Shown one piece after another: positions 39,754 to 50,232 of a stretch of 64,000 nt of DNA (positions are counted from its first letter, which is position 1; the number at the start of each line of letters is the position of its first letter). The notes under the pieces were generated by a model, which saw nothing but the letters and a program-made list of their open reading frames with translations, did no database searches and was not told the DNA's origin. The translations under genes and the position numbers were made by a program. This DNA is from an uncultured cyanobacterium (GTDB taxonomy: Bacteria; Cyanobacteriota; Cyanobacteriia; Pseudanabaenales; Pseudanabaenaceae), in assembly GCA_963703315.1 (NCBI GenBank), contig OY969811.1, positions 3,840,001-3,904,000 of the forward strand, in the 5' to 3' direction.

Positions 39754-40191
39754 ATGTTAGGAACAGTAAATTCAGTCTGGTTTGCAACACGACTAAGACT
39801 TCTTTCTAAAAGAGTGAAAGATATTCTCTCACAAGTGAAGCAGATAAAAAATCAAGGAGAAATTGAGCGTGTAGAAAAAGAGTTGAATACTTGTTCAGCG
39901 ATGCTTCAACAGCTACTAGACTATGCATGGCACAATAAATCCATGAGTCATGATGATTATGAGATAGCACAGAAAACTTTTTCAGATCTGAATGAGTGTC
40001 AGCAAATCATTGAACAGAGAAAATTGAACTGGTGGCAAAAGGTTCTTGCGAAGATTGCCGAAATTTTACCTTTTCTCAGTGATCTAATTAGTTCTATAGC
40101 TGCTTTCTTATTTGAAAGAAACCAAGCAGCAGGTTTACTTGTTGCGGCAATTAATGGGATTATTGGCTTTTTACCAACAAAAAAAATTTAG
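39754..40191 (+). CDS. hypothetical helical protein with hydrophobic C-terminus
   Basis: ORF; coiled N-terminus, hydrophobic C-terminal hairpin. Confidence 0.6.
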   Translation: MLGTVNSVWFATRLRLLSKRVKDILSQVKQIKNQGEIERVEKELNTCSAMLQQLLDYAWHNKSMSHDDYEIAQKTFSDLNECQQIIEQRKLNWWQKVLAKIAEILPFLSDLISSIAAFLFERNQAAGLLVAAINGIIGFLPTKKI

Positions 40192-40446
40192 TGATCGCTG
40201 ATCGTGTAGGGTGCTGAAATGTAACGCACCTTTTGAATGTCAATTAAATGAACTTTTTACAACCTTTTCCATAACAAATGTTTTACGTTACGCTGCGCTA
40301 ACACACGCTACGGGGATGGTTATTCGTCCCAAATGTCTTGAGGCTTTTCTGGAACTTCTTTGACTCGCAGATCTTGTAGATCGCACTTTCAAACACAGCG
40401 ATGCGATCGCTTACAATAGATGCAGACCTTATTGCTAATCTTGCTT

Positions 40447-40704
40447 ATGCCCACTCTATCAGGCTTCTATGGCATAAAAATCACAATGAACTATAACGAT
40501 CACAATCCACCTCATATTCATGTTGAGTATCAAGATTGTGAAGCGATTATAATGATTCAAACAGGTGAAGTTTGTGGTCAAATGCCCAAAAGAGGACTAA
40601 ATTTAATTTGGGAGTGGCTCGAACTGCACAAATCTGAACTATTGGAGAACTGGGAAAATGCACGTCAAAGAAAACCTCTTAACAGAATCGATCCCCTTCC
40701 ATAA
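40447..40704 (+). CDS. DUF4160 domain protein (putative toxin)
   Basis: MPTLSGFYGIKI...DHNPPHIHVEY...ELLENWE. Confidence 0.9.
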   Translation: MPTLSGFYGIKITMNYNDHNPPHIHVEYQDCEAIIMIQTGEVCGQMPKRGLNLIWEWLELHKSELLENWENARQRKPLNRIDPLP

Positions 40705-40714
40705 AAAGGAGCTA

Positions 40715-40981
40715 TTGCTTCATGTTATCTCTGCGGAATATCTAGATAACTATCAATTAAAGCTCACTTTTAATAATGGAATAGAAGGGATTGTAGATTT
40801 AGAACAAGAATTGTATGGAGAAATATTTGAACCATTGAAAAATAAAAGTCTATTTCAGCAAGTGTTTGTAACTAGTCGGACTATAGAATGGTCAAACGGA
40901 GCAGATTTTGCCCCTGAATTTTTATTTGAAATTGCTTTCAATAAGCACTCGGTTAATGCGATCGCCGATCGCGTAGGGTAA
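40715..40981 (+). CDS. DUF2442 domain protein (putative antitoxin)
   Basis: YQLKLTFNNG..GEIFEPL..TIEWSNGADFAPEFL; AGGAG + TTG start. Confidence 0.88.
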   Translation: MLHVISAEYLDNYQLKLTFNNGIEGIVDLEQELYGEIFEPLKNKSLFQQVFVTSRTIEWSNGADFAPEFLFEIAFNKHSVNAIADRVG

Positions 40982-41111
40982 TGTAATGCACCTATCTAAT
41001 GCTAAATGTTTGATTGCGTTACGCTACGCTAAAACACCCTACTTGATTTGAGGTGTGGTGCGATCGCCCTGTTTGAAAAGATAGCGATACAAGAAGGAGC
41101 AAGTCTTCAAG

Positions 41112-41612
41112 TTAACGTCTAGCGATCGCTTTGCTAGTAAGTGCCATAGTTGAGTCTTTCTTTTTGGACGGCATAACATCGTGAAGTATAGATTCTTTTA
41201 CTTCAGCAAGTTCAATGATGGGACAGATTGTTTCGGCATTCTCAGAGATTAGCGGTTCACCGACAAGGAGAGCTTCTAAATCAGAGCGCAGAGTTAGTAA
41301 CTGTTGAACTTGGCGATCAACTTCAGCAATTTTATCTTGGAGTTTGACCTTGACATGAGTACAAGGCAATTCTCCTTGATCATGGATTGATAGAAACTCT
41401 TTGATTTCCGATAGACTCAATCCTAAACCTTGAGAACGTTTGATAAAACTGAGGCGATTGATGATGTCCGCAGAAAACAGTCTAAATCCGCCTTCAGTAC
41501 GTCCCGATGATTCTAGTAGACCTAGCTCCTCATAATAGCGAATTGTCTTGATGGGAATACCGCTTTCTTTGGCGATCGCCCCGATTTGTTTGAGTTCCTT
41601 TTGAGCTAACAT
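41112..41612 (-). CDS. MerR family heavy-metal-responsive regulator
   Basis: IGAIAK..TIRYYEELGLL..RTEGGFRLF; Cys in LPC and CPII. Confidence 0.92.
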   Translation of the reverse strand: MLAQKELKQIGAIAKESGIPIKTIRYYEELGLLESSGRTEGGFRLFSADIINRLSFIKRSQGLGLSLSEIKEFLSIHDQGELPCTHVKVKLQDKIAEVDRQVQQLLTLRSDLEALLVGEPLISENAETICPIIELAEVKESILHDVMPSKKKDSTMALTSKAIARR

Positions 41613-41697
41613 CTCTCTCTTTTCTCTCCATTTTTAGATCTTGAGTAGGGACAATTCATGAATTACCCCTACATTTAGAATTGTCTCAACCATTCTA

Positions 41698-42570
41698 TCA
41701 ATCACGAACATGAATCCCAAAATCAGCCGTGACAATTTTGCCATTACGGTTAAACTGTCCCCAGAGCTTATATTCTCCAGATTTTGGGAACTTGGTCACG
41801 AAAGTAACTTTCCCTACGGAGCCATCACCTAAGGCATGGGCATGAATATAATCAGATGCAGTCAATGGTGTAGATTTTTTGACGATCACAAGATGTCCTT
41901 TTTCTCCCAAGTAGGGCTGCAAATCCGTAAGCGGCTGATTGGTTACAGGATCTTTTAGATCAAAGGTCAAGGTCACTTTCTCACCAGCTTTGATGTGAGC
42001 TTGAGAACTGGTCAGGTTGATTTGCGCTGTGCCAAATGTCTTAGTGCGATCGAAGTTCATCGGTGTAGCAGAGGGGCTTTCACCACCAACTTCTGTTTTG
42101 AGAACGGAAATTTGTTCTAGAGACTGGGCAGGCTTGTAATCGCTAAACAAGGTGTATTTTCCCGCCTGCGGAAAATTTGCTGACACTTTAAATCGTCCAT
42201 TGTGTTGATAGCTGGGATGAAGATGCTCAAAGAACTGAAGATCGTCACTGACAACAATTAAATGCATCAGCTTCTCTTGAAAGACCTCAAATTTTTCAAC
42301 GGCTTTGCCATTGAGATTTTGAACATCGATCAATAATGGCACAGTAGTATTGGGCAGCATATTGAGGGGAGTCGTCAACTTTGCCTCAGCAATTGTTGTT
42401 TCCGATGATGTCTTTTGGTGGTCACTAGAATGTTCTCCATGCTTATTAGTATGATTGTCTTTGACAGTAGGTTTTGATTCTTCGGCATTAGATATGGTGG
42501 ACAATGAGGAGCAAGCTTGAGTCAATGCCAAAACAGAAGTCAGTGCGATCGCAGTAATTAGTTTGTCCAT
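41698..42570 (-). CDS. His-rich putative metal-binding lipoprotein
   Basis: Lipobox-like TQAC; EKLMHLIVV, FEHLHP, YLGEKGHLV, YIHAH. Confidence 0.75.
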   Translation of the reverse strand: MDKLITAIALTSVLALTQACSSLSTISNAEESKPTVKDNHTNKHGEHSSDHQKTSSETTIAEAKLTTPLNMLPNTTVPLLIDVQNLNGKAVEKFEVFQEKLMHLIVVSDDLQFFEHLHPSYQHNGRFKVSANFPQAGKYTLFSDYKPAQSLEQISVLKTEVGGESPSATPMNFDRTKTFGTAQINLTSSQAHIKAGEKVTLTFDLKDPVTNQPLTDLQPYLGEKGHLVIVKKSTPLTASDYIHAHALGDGSVGKVTFVTKFPKSGEYKLWGQFNRNGKIVTADFGIHVRD

Positions 42571-42659
42571 GGTAGTTATCCCTCGATTTATAATGCTTTT
42601 GTGGATTAAAGAATGATAGGAATTTGTGTTCTAAGCTGAACGCAAATTCCTGTAAATGA

Positions 42660-42854
42660 TTAGGAGGCTGGATAGCCAGCATTAATCAGAGCTTCTCGAA
42701 TTGCCAACTCAGATGCTTGAGTTTCGACAACAATCAGTTTTGTTTTGGTATTAGCTTGAATTTCTGCATTTGCATCAACGTTTTTAATTGCGGCTGTAAC
42801 TGCATCTACACAGCTAGAACAAGCAAGAGTAGGGGTCTTGAGTTGAATAGTCAT
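42660..42854 (-). CDS. atx1: copper metallochaperone (HMA, Atx1-like)
   Basis: MTIQLKTPTLACSSC (CxxC), 64 aa. Confidence 0.85.
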   Translation of the reverse strand: MTIQLKTPTLACSSCVDAVTAAIKNVDANAEIQANTKTKLIVVETQASELAIREALINAGYPAS

Positions 42855-42922
42855 AGTTTTTGATAACCTCTGTTGATTGACTGAAAAGAGAAACTGAATG
42901 GTGACTTCTCTATCTGCAAACA

Positions 42923-42954
42923 ACTCTACATTCTCTATTCGAGTGGAGAGTCAA
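42923..42954 (-). promoter_or_regulatory. MerR-type promoter/operator
   Basis: TTGACT - 20 nt spacer with dyad (TCTC..GAGA) - TAGAGT. Confidence 0.7.
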
Positions 42955-43013
42955 TAGATCTTCCAAAAAAAAGAGGCGGTGCTTTGCACCGCCTCTTTTT
43001 TTTGGAAGATCAT

Positions 43014-43541
43014 TTATTTTGCCTCGATCGCCCCGCGAAACATATTCATGCCACAGGCAAACTCATAGTTACCTGCCTTGGGTGGCGTGAATTCGATGGT
43101 TGTGGTTTTATTCAATTCTAGATGTTGGGCGATGTGGAAATCAGCGAGTCGTACTTCTTCTAAACAGCTACTAGGATCGCGGCGGAGAAAGTTGAGGCGG
43201 ACAAGTTGACCAGCATTAACCACAATTCGCGAAGGTTCGTAACCACCATCAACGACGACGGTTACTTCTTGAATGCCAGATTCAGATTCGGCTTTTTTAG
43301 ACTTCGGCTTGCTAAAAAGAAACCACCAAAGCTCTGCACCGATTAAGCCCACACCGACCACAGTGACAAGGATTTTGTTGGTTAGTGGTTGATCGATCGC
43401 TTTGAATTCTGTAGGTTTACGAGTCTCAGTTTGCATATTGTGATCATCAGGCATTTTCTCAGCCGCGATCGCGCCTGAAATAGCTCCAAATAGAAAGCCA
43501 ATGCCAACAAGAGTTCCAAAGAATGTCGCTTTTTTTAACAT
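43014..43541 (-). CDS. membrane-anchored cupredoxin-domain protein (CupA-like)
   Basis: VDGGYEPS, SSCLEEV, YEFACGMNMFRG. Confidence 0.88.
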   Translation of the reverse strand: MLKKATFFGTLVGIGFLFGAISGAIAAEKMPDDHNMQTETRKPTEFKAIDQPLTNKILVTVVGVGLIGAELWWFLFSKPKSKKAESESGIQEVTVVVDGGYEPSRIVVNAGQLVRLNFLRRDPSSCLEEVRLADFHIAQHLELNKTTTIEFTPPKAGNYEFACGMNMFRGAIEAK

Positions 43542-43701
43542 GATCGTTTTTCCTTTAATTTTGAATTTTAAGCCTAGTTGGAATTAAACGTAGGATGGGT
43601 TAGCGATCGCGTAACCCATCATTGATACCTAATTGATGCGTTACGTTGCACTAACGCATCCTACATTTCTCAAAAAGTGTAAAGCGGCGCGGAGCACCGC
43701 T

Positions 43702-45957
43702 TTACACTTTTTGAGGTTTAAAATTTTTCAAGCGTAAGGCGTTAGTCACTACCGAAACAGAACTAAAAGCCATCGCGCCACCAGCAATCACGGGACTGAG
43801 TAACCAACCGAAGAAGGGGAAGAGAATCCCTGCGGCGATGGGAATGCCTAAGATGTTGTAGATGAAGGCGAAGAAGAGATTTTGGCGGATATTTTGGATC
43901 GTGGCGCGGGATAGTTGGATGGCGGTGACGATGCCTTGCAAATCACCTGAAATGAGAGTTATGTCACTAGCCGCGATCGCCACATCCGTACCCGTACCGA
44001 TCGCAATACCCACATCCGCCTGAGCAAGGGCAGGAGCATCATTAATACCATCACCCACCATCGCTACAACCTTACCTTCGTTTTGTAAACGCTGAATTTG
44101 AGCCGCTTTTTGATCGGGACGGACTTCGGCAAACACGCGATCGATGCCAACTTCATGGGCAATCACTTCCGCAGTACGGCGATTGTCGCCAGTGAGCATC
44201 ACTACTTCTAATCCCATGCGTTGCAAAGTCCGAATCGCTTGGACTGAGGAAGGTTTGACGGCATCGGCAATACCCATTACGCCTTGAATTTTGCCATTGA
44301 CCGCAATCCAGATCGCGGTATTACCTTTGCTCTCTAGCGTATCCCAAGTTTGTTCTAAAGATTCTGTGGTAATTCCTAATTCTCGCATCCAGCGATAGGT
44401 TCCAATTTGGACTAAATGATCGCCAATGTAGCCGCGTACACCACTACCTGCGATCGCTTCAAAATCTTTGGCATCGGTCAAATCCACCTTGAGCGCATCA
44501 GCATAACGCACGATCGCTTCTGCTAAGGGATGTTCAGAATAGCGTTCCACAGTGGCAGCCATGCTTAACAATTCTAAAACCTGACCATCGGGCATTCCTG
44601 CGGTAGTCACGAAATGAGTTACGCTGGGCTTACCTTGGGTAATCGTTCCTGTTTTATCCAAAACAATCGTTTGCAAATTATGAGCCTGTTCCAAACTATC
44701 CGCACCCTTAATTAGAATTCCATTCTCTGCACCTTTGCCAGTTCCCACCATAATCGATGTGGGTGTGGCTAAGCCCAAAGCACAGGGACAGGCAATAATC
44801 AGCACGCCGACCGTAGTAATCACCGCAAGGGTGACATTGCCCATGAAGTTGTACCAGATGATGAAAGTGGAAATGGCGATCGCAATCACGATCGGTACAA
44901 ATACACCCGTAACGCGATCGGCAAGGCGTTGAATGGGAGCCTTAGAACCTTGGGCTTGCTGCACTAATTTCACAATTTGGGATAGAAAAGTATCCTTCCC
45001 AATGCGGGTCACTCGAAACTTGAAACTACCAGTTTTATTAATAGTTGCGCCGATCACCTCATCACCGACTTGCTTTTTGACAGCGACACTTTCACCCGTC
45101 ACCATCGCTTCATCAATGGTAGAACTTCCTTCAATAATCTCACCATCAACGGGAATCTTTTCCCCAGGACGTACTAATACCACATCATCGAGTTGCACTT
45201 CGGCGATCGCAATATCCATTTCTCGACCATGCCGAATGACTCGCGCTGTTTTGGCTTGCAAACCCATTAACTTTCGCATTGCTTCCGAGGTGCTTCCCTT
45301 AGCGCGATTCTCAAAGAGTTTGCCAAGCAAAATCAAAGTAATAATTACGGCGGATGCTTCAAAATAAACATCAGCCGTTAAACCCTGCGAAGTAAAAAAC
45401 TGTGGATTAATCGTGGCAAAAATGGAATAACCATAGGCAGCTCCCGTACCAGTGGCGACTAGAGTATCCATTGTAGCGGCGTGACGTTTAAAAGCTTTGG
45501 CAGCATTGATATAGAAGGCTGCACCACACCAAAACTGGACAGGGATAGTTAAGATCAGTTGCAACCAAGAATTATGCATCCATGCAGGAATGAAGGGCAA
45601 GCTCAGCCCTGTCATCATTGGCAAGCCACCAATTACCAGAAATAGACTAATCGCACCACCAATGATCACCTTGCGATTGAGATCATTTTCTTCTTTGCGT
45701 CTTGAGGCTCGTTCCTCGTCATCATCAACTAAGGGATTTTCTTCTTTTAAAACTTGCGAAGAATAACCTGCATCAGCGATCGCCTGTTGAATACGATTCA
45801 CATCAACGGCTTTGGGGTTATAGGTGACAGTGGCTTGCTCTGCACCAAAGTTGACATTACATAGTTCAACACCTGAGAGATTACTAATCGCGGTTTCGAT
45901 GCTATTGGCACAGGAGGCGCAACTCATCCCTCGTAATTTCAGCGTACTCGTTTCCAT
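43702..45957 (-). CDS. pacS: copper-translocating P1B-type ATPase (PacS/CopA-like)
   Basis: [41 protein letters not shown] and MAFSS. Confidence 0.92.
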   Translation of the reverse strand: METSTLKLRGMSCASCANSIETAISNLSGVELCNVNFGAEQATVTYNPKAVDVNRIQQAIADAGYSSQVLKEENPLVDDDEERASRRKEENDLNRKVIIGGAISLFLVIGGLPMMTGLSLPFIPAWMHNSWLQLILTIPVQFWCGAAFYINAAKAFKRHAATMDTLVATGTGAAYGYSIFATINPQFFTSQGLTADVYFEASAVIITLILLGKLFENRAKGSTSEAMRKLMGLQAKTARVIRHGREMDIAIAEVQLDDVVLVRPGEKIPVDGEIIEGSSTIDEAMVTGESVAVKKQVGDEVIGATINKTGSFKFRVTRIGKDTFLSQIVKLVQQAQGSKAPIQRLADRVTGVFVPIVIAIAISTFIIWYNFMGNVTLAVITTVGVLIIACPCALGLATPTSIMVGTGKGAENGILIKGADSLEQAHNLQTIVLDKTGTITQGKPSVTHFVTTAGMPDGQVLELLSMAATVERYSEHPLAEAIVRYADALKVDLTDAKDFEAIAGSGVRGYIGDHLVQIGTYRWMRELGITTESLEQTWDTLESKGNTAIWIAVNGKIQGVMGIADAVKPSSVQAIRTLQRMGLEVVMLTGDNRRTAEVIAHEVGIDRVFAEVRPDQKAAQIQRLQNEGKVVAMVGDGINDAPALAQADVGIAIGTGTDVAIAASDITLISGDLQGIVTAIQLSRATIQNIRQNLFFAFIYNILGIPIAAGILFPFFGWLLSPVIAGGAMAFSSVSVVTNALRLKNFKPQKV

Positions 45958-46031
45958 GTTTACCTCTTGAAATTCTTATGGGATCAAGAAGTTTCGCGCT
46001 TTGCTCGACACTTCTTGATTGGATTGGATAT

Positions 46032-46063
46032 ATCATGCATTCTCCAGTGAGGTGGAGAGTCAA
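46032..46063 (-). promoter_or_regulatory. MerR-type promoter/operator
   Basis: TTGACT-CTCCACCTCACTGGAGAATG-CATGAT: 20 nt spacer, dyad TCTCCA-N6-TGGAGA. Confidence 0.75.
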
Positions 46064-46117
46064 GGGGTAAACCAAAATATTTTCAAAGGTGGCGCAAAGC
46101 GCCACCTTTGAAAATAT

Positions 46118-46915
46118 TTAGCGGAGACTACTGTACCAACCTCGCATCTGGTCAATCTCTTGGCTTTGCGATCGCAAAATATTTTGGGCAAGCTTACGCA
46201 TTTCGGGGCGATCGCTATCGACGATCATATTGCTCATCATCAATGCCATCTTGTGATGAGGAATCATCTCCGCTAGAAATACCTTGTCAAAATCACTATC
46301 TTTAGCAGTTTCCAGCTTTTTGAGATCAGTAGACATCATGTTCATACCCATCTTGCCCATCCTGTTGCTAGGCATACTCGTCATGTTGCCCATGCCCATC
46401 TTGCCGCCATTCATGCCCATCATGCTGTGATTAGAAGGTTTCATGGAATGGCTAGCCATGTCTGGAACATCGGCTTTATACCATTGCTTATACCAATCTC
46501 GCATCTGAGTGATTTCGAGAACTTGATCACGCTTGATTGCTGCCGCTAGTTTCAGCACATCAGCATTTTTCGATCGCTTGAGCGCCAGATCCGCCATCTT
46601 CACGGCTCCATCATGGTGCGGAATCATCATCTCAATGAAGTGGCGATCGGCGGCTTCACCAGTCATCATCATCATGTGATTGGACATCCCTTGATTGGTC
46701 ATCATGGCAGCATTTGTGGCACTAGGACAATCACCAGCAGCAAATGGTTTCGGTTTTGTTGATTGTGCTTGGGCGAAGTTGGTCATCAGACCTGTTATGG
46801 AGATCGCACCACCAATGACAATACTGGCAATTCCCAGCGATCGCAGTTTGTAGCTTTGGCGATCGCTGGTATGTGGGCGTTCTAGATTAGAGTCTCTAGG
46901 TTCTGTTGATTTCAT
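46118..46915 (-). CDS. copM: DUF305 Met/His-rich copper-binding protein (CopM-like)
   Basis: Two DUF305 repeats (FIEMMIPHH, FLAEMIPHH..EI..MR.W), Met-rich linkers. Confidence 0.82.
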   Translation of the reverse strand: MKSTEPRDSNLERPHTSDRQSYKLRSLGIASIVIGGAISITGLMTNFAQAQSTKPKPFAAGDCPSATNAAMMTNQGMSNHMMMMTGEAADRHFIEMMIPHHDGAVKMADLALKRSKNADVLKLAAAIKRDQVLEITQMRDWYKQWYKADVPDMASHSMKPSNHSMMGMNGGKMGMGNMTSMPSNRMGKMGMNMMSTDLKKLETAKDSDFDKVFLAEMIPHHKMALMMSNMIVDSDRPEMRKLAQNILRSQSQEIDQMRGWYSSLR

Positions 46916-46957
46916 AACTGTTCTCCTGAACTCATATCTCTAGGCTAGTTTAAAAAA

Positions 46958-46974
46958 ATGAACTCAGGATGAAA
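46958..46974 (-). promoter_or_regulatory. CopR-box-like direct repeat
   Basis: TTTCAT-CCTGA-GTTCAT about 40 nt upstream of the DUF305 ATG. Confidence 0.55.
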
Positions 46975-47073
46975 CTCCAGATCAGCTACTCTATTTGTCC
47001 ATAAAACTTAATCAAATCTAGAAATGACGATCTTTTCTAAGTTGTAAGTTGTTTTTGTCTTTACCGCCGATCT

Positions 47074-47254
47074 GTAGGGGTCAAGCATTTGCGCCACAAT
47101 ATCTAAACTCTTCACAAAAAATCTCAATCCGCAAATGCTTGACCCTCTTCGCTCTTTCAATAAATTGTCCCTGCGTTGTGGGGATTGGGCGTAGCATTAC
47201 CGTTTGACGATCGCGAAGATATGCGTAAATGGTGGCGGCAATGCTGCGCCCCTT
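47074..47254. repeat. ~180 bp composite REPIN-like repeat, copy 1
   Basis: AAGCATTTGCGCCACAATAT...GCAAATGCTT plus GGGCG.AGCATTACCG..CGG.AATGCT.CGCCC; direct copy at 49148. Confidence 0.75.
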
Positions 47255-47347
47255 CGAGATTTTGAGGTTTCTTGCGGAGATAGATAGACTGTAAAAGCAA
47301 TGATATAATGCTGGCATAGAATCTGCCCCATCAAATCCTCAGAAAAA

Positions 47348-47599
47348 ATGGTTGTTTTACAGCTTGATGATGAGCAAGTAATAGAACTCGTGAATCAGCT
47401 TTCTAATGAGAAGCAATTGCGGTTATATCAGGTATTGATTAAAAAACGGCGCGATCGCTGGATTGAGTTATCTAATATTGGTCAGACTGGGGCAAGGCGT
47501 GCAGCTAGCGATCGCAGATTGGATTGGGATTTGCTAACTGAAGATGAGCGAGAGGACTTTGTAAATGAGCTAGTTCATGAGGATAGGGTGTGCGCCTAG
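47348..47599 (+). CDS. hypothetical protein (putative antitoxin of PIN pair)
   Basis: LDWDLLTEDEREDFVNELVHEDR; directly upstream of the PIN remnant. Confidence 0.7.
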   Translation: MVVLQLDDEQVIELVNQLSNEKQLRLYQVLIKKRRDRWIELSNIGQTGARRAASDRRLDWDLLTEDEREDFVNELVHEDRVCA

Positions 47600-47808
47600 T
47601 CGTGGTTAAGGTTTTCGCGGATAGTGGTTATTGCTAATACCTTACAAGTTGTTGAAGCCGATCCGAAGGATGACATGATTGTTGAATGTGGTGTAGTTGG
47701 CAAGGGTAGTCATATTATTACTGGTGATAAGAAGCATTTACTACCGATGAGGCGATATCAAAATATTGATATTGTTACGGCAACAGATTTTTTGACCATA
47801 TTTTCTGA

Positions 47809-49099
47809 CAATACTACGGACAAAGTTGGTCAGAAATAGAACCGTAGGAGCAAAGCTTGTGGAAATTAGGGTGAGATTTAATCGAAGTAAGGTCTAAATC
47901 TAACAGGGAAATAAAGCGTTTAAGGAGATGACGATTGAAAGCCAAGCGTTTGTAACTCGCCATCGAAAAAACAAAAGGTTTGTGAGAATGAGCCGCAAGA
48001 TGAGTTTGCCAAGCATCGAATTTAGCCAGATTTAGAGCCATCAAGGAAGCATTGAAATGAAAGTCAAGCTTGGTCAAATTACGAGCTTGGCAATCGGCTA
48101 AACCAGTAAACTGTTTGGCATCACGAAAAATGAATTCAATTTGAAAACGAGATTTATAGAAGCAAAGAATTTCCGATGCATCAAGATTGATATCGGTGGA
48201 GAACAACAAAGCCAGTCCAACGCGCTCAGGGTTACGGCAGTCTCGAATATAAGCAAGACGGACTTTACGTTTCATGCTTACGACCCAGACTTCGACAGTG
48301 TAAAGGTACAGGGTTGGTTCAATCTCTGAGACTAAAGTCATGCGACTGACATCAGTCAAGTCTACCTTGCCATCGTACTTGCGTTTTCGACCACGAGGTT
48401 TCTGCTCACCTCTGTAGACATAACGCATATCTGCATCACACCGTAACTTGCCAATCGCATCTAAGCCCAAGTTAGTGACACCATCGACCCACTTAATTTT
48501 GCTATAAAATCCATCACTAACGATGTGTCGGGCTGATTTTGGGAAATAGGTCTTGGTGGCTGCTAGTTGCTCCAGATACCAATCAATTCTTGTTCTCTCG
48601 GCTTGAGCGGGTGGCGTTTGCTGTACCGATAGTGCGTATCCCTGTTTGTGATCAACATCGACTACTGCTACTACTGCTACCTCCAATCCTTTTTCAGCTT
48701 TTCCTGCACTCCCGTTGTAGAAGTACTCGATTCCATAGGTTGCTTTGCCACTTTTCCTGATGAATGAGCAGTCTGTGGCAATGATCTGCCGCGATGTTGG
48801 CAAAATCGCTCTTTGGATGATCTCTGCGTTCCCTTTGATGAAGTTGTATGAACGCGAAAACTGCCGTCGATAGCTGCGTTCACTGATTTCGCTATAGCGA
48901 CTTAGATTCATGAAGTTTACCTTCCCGCACATCACGATGATCGTTGAAAACAGGATTGATAGAAATTTCTGTTGTATTTTACTCTCTATCTTCGGTACTA
49001 TGGCGATCATGCTATTCATTTGGTGTTTCGTTTCGACACTTGCACCTTATCCGATGAATAGCTTTTTTGTTTCATTTTTGAAAATTGTCCGTAGTATTG
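47809..49099 (-). mobile_element. 1291-bp DDE IS (IS701/IS4-like), copy 1
   Basis: 15-bp TIR CAATACTACGGACAA; 6-bp TSD TTCTGA (47803-08, 49100-05). Confidence 0.92.
47814..49019 (-). CDS. DDE transposase
   Basis: ATDCSFI, VSDGFY, YKSRFQIEFIFRDAKQ. Confidence 0.92.
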   Translation of the reverse strand: MNSMIAIVPKIESKIQQKFLSILFSTIIVMCGKVNFMNLSRYSEISERSYRRQFSRSYNFIKGNAEIIQRAILPTSRQIIATDCSFIRKSGKATYGIEYFYNGSAGKAEKGLEVAVVAVVDVDHKQGYALSVQQTPPAQAERTRIDWYLEQLAATKTYFPKSARHIVSDGFYSKIKWVDGVTNLGLDAIGKLRCDADMRYVYRGEQKPRGRKRKYDGKVDLTDVSRMTLVSEIEPTLYLYTVEVWVVSMKRKVRLAYIRDCRNPERVGLALLFSTDINLDASEILCFYKSRFQIEFIFRDAKQFTGLADCQARNLTKLDFHFNASLMALNLAKFDAWQTHLAAHSHKPFVFSMASYKRLAFNRHLLKRFISLLDLDLTSIKSHPNFHKLCSYGSISDQLCP

Positions 49100-49147
49100 T
49101 TCTGAGAATCAGTAAATTTAATAATCACCAACAGCACCAATAACTTT

Positions 49148-49330
49148 TAGGGGGTTAAGCATTTGCGCCACAATATTCAAACTCCTCACAAAAAATCTCG
49201 ATCTGCAAATGCTTAACCCTCTTTGCTCTCACCGATCGCTTGTCTCTGCGTTGTGAGGTTTGGGCGAAGCATTACCGTTTGGAGGCTGTGGTGAAATGCA
49301 TAAATGGTGGCGGTAATGCTACGCCCCTAC
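49148..49330. repeat. ~180 bp composite REPIN-like repeat, copy 2
   Basis: Diverged direct copy of 47074-47254, ending GCCCCTAC. Confidence 0.75.
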
Positions 49331-50232
49331 GATAATTTTTACTTTCTACTTTTTCCTTGAGGATCGGTTATGGCTTCGCGGTTTTATGTGTTGGTGTTTG
49401 TAGCTTTGACTGGAATACTGGGCATGGTGTCACCTCCTGATTTAGCTTTGTTGACAGTTCAGGCACAAACACGCAAAACAGAAGCAAATCGACTGCTTAA
49501 TCAAGGGATTCAGCAATTTCAATTCAGCCAGTTTGAAGCCGCATTTCAGTCATGGCAGCAAGCACTGACTATCTACAGGGAGATAAAAGATCGGCAGGGA
49601 GAGTCGGCAGCACTGGGAAATCTTGGGAACACTTATGATTCTCTCGGCAACTATGGCAAGGCGATCGAATATCAACTGCAAAGTTTAGAAATTGAGCGAG
49701 AAATCAAAAACCGACTCGGCGAGGGACAATCGTTGGGAAACTTAGGAATCTCTTACTATCGACTCGGCAAATACGATAAGGTGATTGAGTTCCAATTGCA
49801 AAGTTTGACAATCAAGCGAGAAATTAAAGATCAGCGTGGTGAGGGCAACGCCCTGAGCAATCTGGGGATTGCTTACTATGCTATTGGCAGATATGACAAA
49901 GCAATCGAATTCTATTTGCAAAGCTTGAGCATTTTCCGAGAACTTAAAGATCGTTTTGGTGAGGGAAACGCGCTGAGTAACTTGGGAACTGCTTACGATG
50001 CCCTTGGCGATTATGGCAAAGCAATCAATTATCAACTGCAAAGCCTAGAAATTGCAAGGGAAGTTAAAGACCGACGGGGGGAGGGACAGGCTTTAAGTAA
50101 TTTAGCTTACTATGCCATAGGTAAATATGATAAAGCGATTGCCCATAACCTGCAATCTTCGGCGATCGCAAAGGAAACTAGAGATCGTCTGATTAGAAAA
50201 AATTCTCTTAATAATTTTGGTGTTGCATACGA

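Larger units (their letters stand above)
47590..49114 (+). pseudogene. PIN-domain toxin remnant (N-terminal loss), IS inserted in last codons
   Basis: DPKDDMIVECG...IITGDKKHLL; the IS splits ...IFS|ENQ*. Confidence 0.65.

Noticed and set aside
39593..41045. Repeats as classical integron attC sites
   Set aside because: No clear RYYYAAC/GTTRRRY core pair and no integrase; kept only as a REP-type cassette hypothesis.
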